DNA of 64,000 bases from an uncultured Gemmatimonadaceae bacterium. GTDB lineage: Bacteria; Gemmatimonadota; Gemmatimonadetes; Gemmatimonadales; GWC2-71-9. Positions 58,102 through 64,000 of the stretch are shown in pieces; within the stretch, counting starts at the first letter, position 1, and each line of letters opens with the position of its first letter. The notes under the pieces were generated by a model, which was given only the letters and a program-made list of their open reading frames with translations, was not told where the DNA came from and did no database searches. Position numbers and translations under genes: made by a program. Location: positions 31,058-95,057 of the forward strand of contig CAZFHS010000021.1 in the NCBI GenBank assembly GCA_964518955.1, in the 5' to 3' direction.

Positions 58102-58185
58102 CGTGAGCCCCCTCCTGTTGATGGAATCAGCAGCATGCTGTTCAACAACACCGCCAACCTTCCCATCCCCGTTGATGCGCTAACG

Positions 58186-59433
58186 CTATCCTATACCCAG
58201 CCCAGGCGGTGGAAAGTCTTTGCAGAACTCGGCGATTTCTGCCGCGGTGTTTGCCATGAATCCTTCGTCATCGATGCGGTCGACCACCTGGTTCATCCAG
58301 ATCGCGACTTGCTGCATCTCAGGTTCTTTCATACCCCTCGACGTAATCGATGGTGTACCAATACGAATGCCAGAGGGGTCGAAAGGCTTGCGCGGGTCGT
58401 ACGGCACAGTGTTGCTGTTGCATACGATTCCCGCCCTGTTGAGAGCTTGTGACACGACTTTGCCCGGCTGTCCCTTGTTGGTCATGTCGATCAGTATCAG
58501 GTGGTTGTCTGTTCCGCCCGATACCAGATCAAATCCGTGGTCGAGCAATGCGGCGGCCAGTGCTTTTGCGTTCGACACAACCTGTTCGGCATATGTTGTG
58601 AACTCGGGTGTCGCAGCCTCCTTGAGGGCAACAGCGATTGCTGCAGTCGTATGGTTGTGCGGTCCGCCTTGAAGTCCCGGGAAAACCGCCCTGTCGATGG
58701 CTTTTTGATGTTCGGCCTTGCACATGAGCATCGCCCCACGGGGGCCGCGCAACATCTTGTGCGTTGTGGTGCTCACCACGTCAGCGTGCGGTACTGGACT
58801 CGGGTGTACTCCTGCAGCTACCAGTCCCGAGATGTGAGCGATGTCTGCGACAAATATCGCACCCGCTTCACGGGCAATCTCACCGAACTTTTCAAAGTCG
58901 AGTATGCGCGGGTACGCTGTGGCTCCAGCATAGATTAGTCTGGGCTTCTCAGCCAACGCCTGATCCCTGACCTTGTCGTAGTCGATTAGGGCTGTTCCCC
59001 TCTCGACCGGGTACTGGACCGCACGATAGTACTTGCCGGTGATGCTGACATTCCACCCGTGGGTCAGATGGCCGCCGTGTGGCAAACTCATGCCCATTAC
59101 CGTGTCGCCCGGTTGGCAGAACGCGAAATACACGGCCATGTTGGCCGGTGAGCCGGAGTATGGCTGCACGTTTGCATGATCTGCGCCAAAGAGCTTCTTG
59201 GCCCTTTCGATGGCCAGTATCTCGACCGCGTCGATGTACTCCTGGCCCTCGTAGTAACGCTTGCCCGCGTAGCCTTCCGAGTACTTGTTCGTGAGAACAG
59301 ACCCCGTTGCCTCCAGGACAGCGTTTGAGACATAGTTCTCAGACGGTATCAACCGAATCTTATCTCTCTGTCTATTCTCTTCACGTTGTACCAGATCAAA
59401 GATCTCAGGGTCTGTAGTGTTCAGATGAGCCAT
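58186..59433 (-). CDS. glyA: Serine hydroxymethyltransferase
   Basis: LIPSENY, NKYSEGY..KRYY, GGHLTHG, TTTHKMLRGPRG, FPGLQGGP, SGIRIGT. Confidence 0.97.
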   Translation of the reverse strand: MAHLNTTDPEIFDLVQREENRQRDKIRLIPSENYVSNAVLEATGSVLTNKYSEGYAGKRYYEGQEYIDAVEILAIERAKKLFGADHANVQPYSGSPANMAVYFAFCQPGDTVMGMSLPHGGHLTHGWNVSITGKYYRAVQYPVERGTALIDYDKVRDQALAEKPRLIYAGATAYPRILDFEKFGEIAREAGAIFVADIAHISGLVAAGVHPSPVPHADVVSTTTHKMLRGPRGAMLMCKAEHQKAIDRAVFPGLQGGPHNHTTAAIAVALKEAATPEFTTYAEQVVSNAKALAAALLDHGFDLVSGGTDNHLILIDMTNKGQPGKVVSQALNRAGIVCNSNTVPYDPRKPFDPSGIRIGTPSITSRGMKEPEMQQVAIWMNQVVDRIDDEGFMANTAAEIAEFCKDFPPPGLGIG

Positions 59434-59477
59434 TCAGTAATCTCGCGTTTTCTGGTGCTGCAGAGCACCTGGTGGCT

Positions 59478-59735
59478 TCAGGGTCCCAACTGGTCCCTTG
59501 CGTTTTGGCGGGTCAGCATGCGTTCGGTGAAATCGAGTCGCTCTTCCATGTCAGCGAGTCGCTCGGCAGTTTCTGCCAATCGCTGTTCGGTCTCTTCCAG
59601 GCGGTGATCGGTGTTCTCCAGGGTCGCGCGCAGCCGACCACCTCCGGCATCGGGCTGGTTGGAGATCCGGCTCGCAATCGCCTTTGCGATTGGCGCACCA
59701 ACAGCGATGATGGCTATGAAGGTGAATAGGTCCAA
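59478..59735 (-). CDS. Small TM plus coiled-coil hypothetical protein
   Basis: TTG start with GAGGAG RBS; one TM then ..LADMEERLDFTERML. Confidence 0.7.
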   Translation of the reverse strand: MDLFTFIAIIAVGAPIAKAIASRISNQPDAGGGRLRATLENTDHRLEETEQRLAETAERLADMEERLDFTERMLTRQNARDQLGP

Positions 59736-59838
59736 AACGACTCTCCTCGTACTCTCTATAGACACAGTGAGCGTTGATCTTAGCGATGTCAACTGAATGT
59801 CAGGCTGGCATGTCTCCTTTTTTCCACCAACCCGAGAT

Positions 59839-60828
59839 TCACCGAGACCGCATGAACCAGTCAATCGATCGCGGAACTGCGTCCAACGGTGCTGTCGTCG
59901 GTTGCCAGTTGAGCTCTCTCAGTGCCCTCTCTGAAGTATACGGATTTGCGTTGGATAGGAACCTGACCGCAGAGGCACCGAATCCAGGGTACTTCTTGGG
60001 CGCGAATACCCTGCGAAGCGTGTGCCTGGCGGCGGCAAAGGCGTATGCCGCCGGGAGTGGTACGCGTACGAGACGCACTTTCCTTCCCATCGCCGAGCCG
60101 ACGGCCGAGAGGAATTCTCGCTGAGTGACATCGCCGTCGTTCGTCACGTTGATGGGTCCTGTTACTTCAGGGTGGTCCAGCGCTGCCAGGACAGCGTCTG
60201 CAACGTTCCCCGCATACACAACTGCCAATGGGTTTGCTCCATGGCCGATAACCGGACCGTATCCGCGTGAGAGGATACGGACTACGTGGGGAAGGAACGT
60301 CCGGTCTCGCTCCCCGTAGATCACGCATGGACGGAGACTCACCGTAGACAGCCCTGTTTCTCGAACCACGGCGGCAATCGCTCTTTCGGCCTGGCGCTTC
60401 GACCTGGCATAGAAATCTGTCGGCGACAATTCGGCGAACTGTGTGTCTTCGTCGATTTTCCTCGCAGCTGATCCTAATCCTCGCCCATATACTGCCACTG
60501 ACGAGATATGGACTAGCCTGATTCCGAGCTTTGCGGCCGTGACGGCGGCGTATTGCGCACCGTCGATGTTGAACGAGTGGAAGGTGTTCCAGTGCCGCCG
60601 TTTCGCAATGATCGCGGCGGAGTGCACGATTGCATCTGTGCCCTCTGCGTGCGACCACGTGTCAGCGTCCTCCACCGAGCCAAATACCGAAGATGCGCCC
60701 ATTCCTTCGATCAGTTTTTTGCCCTCGGCGTCCCGCACCAATGCTCGTACGGTGTGACCGTCGTGGCATAACTTCTCGATCACATGGCTACCGACGAGAC
60801 CTGTTCCTCCAGTTACGAACACTTTCAT
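59839..60828 (-). CDS. NAD-dependent epimerase/dehydratase (extended SDR)
   Basis: VTGGTGLVG, HISSVAVYG, YARSK, LRPCVIYG. Confidence 0.9.
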   Translation of the reverse strand: MKVFVTGGTGLVGSHVIEKLCHDGHTVRALVRDAEGKKLIEGMGASSVFGSVEDADTWSHAEGTDAIVHSAAIIAKRRHWNTFHSFNIDGAQYAAVTAAKLGIRLVHISSVAVYGRGLGSAARKIDEDTQFAELSPTDFYARSKRQAERAIAAVVRETGLSTVSLRPCVIYGERDRTFLPHVVRILSRGYGPVIGHGANPLAVVYAGNVADAVLAALDHPEVTGPINVTNDGDVTQREFLSAVGSAMGRKVRLVRVPLPAAYAFAAARHTLRRVFAPKKYPGFGASAVRFLSNANPYTSERALRELNWQPTTAPLDAVPRSIDWFMRSR

Positions 60829-60849
60829 TTGGGATAGCAAGCTCGGCTC

Positions 60850-62040
60850 CTACAACGCAAGAACGATTGCGCGTACGCCCAGGATTATGCAAAGGAGTAC
60901 CACCGCACCACCGATGAGATTCCCCCGCCAGCCGTTCACGTTGTCGCCGAGTCGCGTGCGGTCGTTCATTGCGACGAGCAGAACGATTGCAACGATCGGT
61001 AGCACCAAACCATTTACTAGTTGGGCGAAGACGATCAAAGGCACCGGTCGGAACCCGATCAGAGCCGTACCTGCTCCTATCAACAAGCAACCCGCCCACA
61101 CCGATCTTGCCAATGGTGTCGTCACATCTCGTTTGTGCCCGAGCGCGTCGAGCAACGTGTAAGCCGCGGCGAGCGGTGCAGTCACAGCTGACGTGACACC
61201 GGCTGCCGCGTATCCAACTGCGAATGCGTGGCCGGCCCATGGTCCGAGCAGCGGTCTCAGTTGTTCTGCCATGTCGCCGGCCGAACGCACCTCGGCTCCT
61301 CCAAGCGCCGCCGACGCTGTCACAACCACCGCTGACGAAACGATACCTCCTAGTCCTATGGCGAGAATCAAATCCCATCGAACTGCGGGTAGATCTTCCA
61401 CGCTGGACCAACGTTCACGGACTACGGCGGCGTGGAGGAAGAGGTTGTACGGTACGATTGTGGTACCTATCAGAGCGAGTGCGGTGAGTTCCGCACCCTG
61501 CGGTAGCCGGGGCACGAACATTCCGCGCATGATGTCCGTAAGATGCGGCACTACGAGCAGAGCGGTCGCGAGAAACACAACGCCCATTATTGCCACGCAT
61601 GCAGCCAAGACCCGTTCCACGAGTTTGTACTTGCCGGTCCACAACAATGCACCCGCAAAGATCGCTCCAATCGCCACCCATATTCGGAGCGGAACTCCAG
61701 TTGCAGACGCCAACCCCAATCCCGCACCGGTGAGGTTTCCGGCCTGGTAAGCTGCGGCACCTCCAACTACAGCTACCGCGGCCAGAGAAGCCAGGGTAAT
61801 GCCGAGCCACGGCGAGCCGCTCACCGACCTCAGTGCTTGTCCCAAGCCACTTCCAGTGGCGAGGCCAAGCCGTGCGCTCATTTCTTGGAGCACGATGGTT
61901 GCGAGTGTCGCAAACACCAACGCCCACAGCAATGTCGTTCCAAAGCGAGCGCCAGCTAAGGTGGCTGTCGTCACCGTGCCCGGCCCGATGAAAGCGGCCG
62001 CGATTATGACTCCAGGCCCGATCCCCGCCCATCGTTTCAT
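60850..62040 (-). CDS. Nramp-related transporter (YcsG-like; no DPGN)
   Basis: AAAFIGPGTVTT..GARFG, LQEMSARLG, GTTIVPYNLFLH. Confidence 0.82.
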   Translation of the reverse strand: MKRWAGIGPGVIIAAAFIGPGTVTTATLAGARFGTTLLWALVFATLATIVLQEMSARLGLATGSGLGQALRSVSGSPWLGITLASLAAVAVVGGAAAYQAGNLTGAGLGLASATGVPLRIWVAIGAIFAGALLWTGKYKLVERVLAACVAIMGVVFLATALLVVPHLTDIMRGMFVPRLPQGAELTALALIGTTIVPYNLFLHAAVVRERWSSVEDLPAVRWDLILAIGLGGIVSSAVVVTASAALGGAEVRSAGDMAEQLRPLLGPWAGHAFAVGYAAAGVTSAVTAPLAAAYTLLDALGHKRDVTTPLARSVWAGCLLIGAGTALIGFRPVPLIVFAQLVNGLVLPIVAIVLLVAMNDRTRLGDNVNGWRGNLIGGAVVLLCIILGVRAIVLAL

Positions 62041-62071
62041 GGGTGAAGCTCCAAGAAGGTCTTGGTGGCGC

Positions 62072-63340
62072 TCAATTGTAGTATCCAGCGCGAGCGTACG
62101 ATCGGTCGAGGATCTCGATCGGGTGAACGACCGAAATATTTGATCTTGCGGCCGCGATTCCCGCCCCTATCTGCATGATGCAACCGGGGTTGCCTGTGGC
62201 AACGATATCCGGCGCAGCCTCGAGGATGGATTTCACCTTCCGATCCAGCACCTCGCGAGACAAATCGGACTGTGTGAATGAGTAGCTGCCCGCGCTGCCG
62301 CAGCACATCTCCGCGTCTGCGTGAGCTACCCGTTCGAGGCCAGGTACGGCGTTCAGTAGAGCAAGCGGTGCGTCGGAGATGCCCTGAGCGTGCATTAGAT
62401 GGCATGGCGGGTCGTATGCGACGCGAAGCTTCACTGGCTTGCCCCGCCGGGGGCCTCTTTCCTCTAACAACTCTGATACGTCCCGCACCCTACTGGCTAA
62501 GGCGACTGCTTCCTCCTCCCGATCATCTCCTGCGAGCAGCTTTCCGTACTCTTTGAGCATCGCCCCGCATCCTGCGCTGTTTACAGCCACGATCGAGTCT
62601 GGGTTCTCGGCGAATGCTGCGACGTTCTTTCGTGCTAGGGCCATTGCGTGTTCTCTCTGACCTGCGTGCGAATGAAGCGCGCCGCAGCAGGCCTGCCCCG
62701 CCAACGGTAGAATCTCAAATCCGTTTGCTTTTAGTGTCCGCTCGGTCGCCGCATGTACGTGCGACAAGAGGCCTGACATCACACACCCTTCGAACAGGAC
62801 AACCTTGGTTCCCTGCTTCTTCGGGGTGCCAGGATCGGCGTAGGGAATCGTTTCCAGGTTGGTGCCGAGGTTGTCTGCATGATTGGGCGACCAAGGACGT
62901 GTTGCAGAGATCATCCCAAATAGATATCCCAACTGCGAATTTCCGGATAGCAGCGGGGCGAAAGGTCGAATGGCACGCGCTGCAAGAAGAATCGGCTTTC
63001 GCAGCAGCGGTTCCGCCATAGTTGCGTTCAACACACGCGCCGCCAAAGGAATCGGGCGGACCTCTGAGAGTTGGCAGCGAAGCGCTGTCAGCGCTTCGGC
63101 GTATTGCACACCCGAGGGACACACTGGCTCGCACGCCTGGCACCCAAGGCAGCGGTCCAGGTGGGCCGCAAATTCTGGCTCGGTTATGTCCAGAGTCCCG
63201 CGCGCCACGCTCCGCATAAGGAGTATGCGACCTCGTGGGCTGTCTCCCTCGACCTGAGTTTCCCTGTAGGTTGGGCAGTTCTGCAGACAGAAACCGCAGT
63301 GCACGCAAGATTCGAGACCACTAAAGGTTCCGCCGGTCAT
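62072..63340 (-). CDS. glcF: Glycolate oxidase iron-sulfur subunit
   Basis: CVHCGFCLQNCP, SPRGRI, CLGCQACEPVCP, two CCG domains (CCGALH, CCGSAG), NPGC. Confidence 0.9.
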   Translation of the reverse strand: MTGGTFSGLESCVHCGFCLQNCPTYRETQVEGDSPRGRILLMRSVARGTLDITEPEFAAHLDRCLGCQACEPVCPSGVQYAEALTALRCQLSEVRPIPLAARVLNATMAEPLLRKPILLAARAIRPFAPLLSGNSQLGYLFGMISATRPWSPNHADNLGTNLETIPYADPGTPKKQGTKVVLFEGCVMSGLLSHVHAATERTLKANGFEILPLAGQACCGALHSHAGQREHAMALARKNVAAFAENPDSIVAVNSAGCGAMLKEYGKLLAGDDREEEAVALASRVRDVSELLEERGPRRGKPVKLRVAYDPPCHLMHAQGISDAPLALLNAVPGLERVAHADAEMCCGSAGSYSFTQSDLSREVLDRKVKSILEAAPDIVATGNPGCIMQIGAGIAAARSNISVVHPIEILDRSYARAGYYN

Positions 63341-64000
63341 TCTGCGGGTCCCAGTGGAACTGTGAGGATTCCGCGATCGTCGAACACGCCCCGAAGCGAC
63401 CCCACGATTCTTTCTACACCGTCCCGGTACGCCCCGTAGTGACCCACATTGTTGCGGACTTCCCAGGGTGCGCGTTCCAGAGTGACGGGCCAGCCTCGGT
63501 CGGTGGCTCGAGTTCGCAAATTCCGAATCCGTTCTGCCGATGTGTTGCAGCTCCAGCGAATGACCCCGCCGAGCACACTTGTGGAGACTACGGCCCCGGT
63601 TTCCCCATCCAATTCGGCTTTGAGCGAGTCCAGGGCTGGCCCAATGTCAGACTGCAGCGAGCCCAAGCGAATGGTGGTCGATTTGTCCGTGGCTGCGTTG
63701 AGCGTAGACTGCCAGAAACGTGAGGCAGAAGCGTCATCAAGTTCTTCGAATGCGAATTGCGGCACGGCGTCGACCACGTCTTTGTGATCCGCCGCTACTG
63801 CGGCTTCGGAGCCGGTCACTCGAACCGATAACGCCCACCCGTCGCGCTCATGCGTGTCCGGTGCGACTAGTTCCATCGCTGCTGGTGTCACCCCAGCCGA
63901 AAGTATGATGCGCGCGCAATCCAGCAGAGTATCACGGTCCGCGCGTGCCACCGAGGTGATATCGGCGGCGGGCACTGCGTTCAGCCGAATGTGGGCTGAT
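63337..64000 (-). CDS. glcE: Glycolate oxidase FAD subunit (GlcE-like), 5' part outside the window
   Basis: Frame open to the window end (..HIRLNAVP..); C-terminal LRGVFDDRGIL; overlaps the glcF start (ATGA). Confidence 0.75.
   Translation of the reverse strand, partial: SAHIRLNAVPAADITSVARADRDTLLDCARIILSAGVTPAAMELVAPDTHERDGWALSVRVTGSEAAVAADHKDVVDAVPQFAFEELDDASASRFWQSTLNAATDKSTTIRLGSLQSDIGPALDSLKAELDGETGAVVSTSVLGGVIRWSCNTSAERIRNLRTRATDRGWPVTLERAPWEVRNNVGHYGAYRDGVERIVGSLRGVFDDRGILTVPLGPAE

Noticed and set aside
1-64000. Prophage, integrative element or defence island
   Set aside because: No integrase, transposase, phage structural, restriction-modification or toxin-antitoxin genes recognised; housekeeping genes are spread throughout.

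Overview
A bacterial chromosomal window, GC-rich by eye and densely coding, with about 59 genes. Gene content and style suggest Gemmatimonadota; this is an inference, not checked against a database. I found no rRNA, tRNA, CRISPR array, integrase or transposase. Housekeeping and metabolic genes include leuS, thrB, asnB, pepD, metH, glyA, glcF/glcE, a CtpA-type protease, yggT/yggU and a frameshifted nth. Envelope and signalling modules include two ECF sigma/anti-sigma loci (one heading a MacAB-TolC operon), an ArnT-like GT39 next to asnB, an OPT transporter next to a PqqD/RRE protein, a fimT-pilV-pilW-pilX-like minor pilin cluster, and an NtrC-family two-component system linked to an MFP plus two ABC ATPases with no permease. 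Reading the non-coding DNA gave: a SAM-II-like riboswitch with a terminator/antiterminator upstream of metH; three sigma54 -24/-12 boxes, two with a shared upstream enhancer-like motif; a small zinc-finger ORF with its own promoter; a two-copy REP-like palindrome; and a GGCGGnnn octamer element, one copy of which is inserted in frame in the GT39 gene. Protein-level oddities are an HDAC fused to a GNAT-like domain, a class V aminotransferase lacking the PLP lysine, and a Tat-exported GH38-like protein lacking the metal-binding motif. All family assignments come from motif recognition by eye, and several start codons are my own re-calls.
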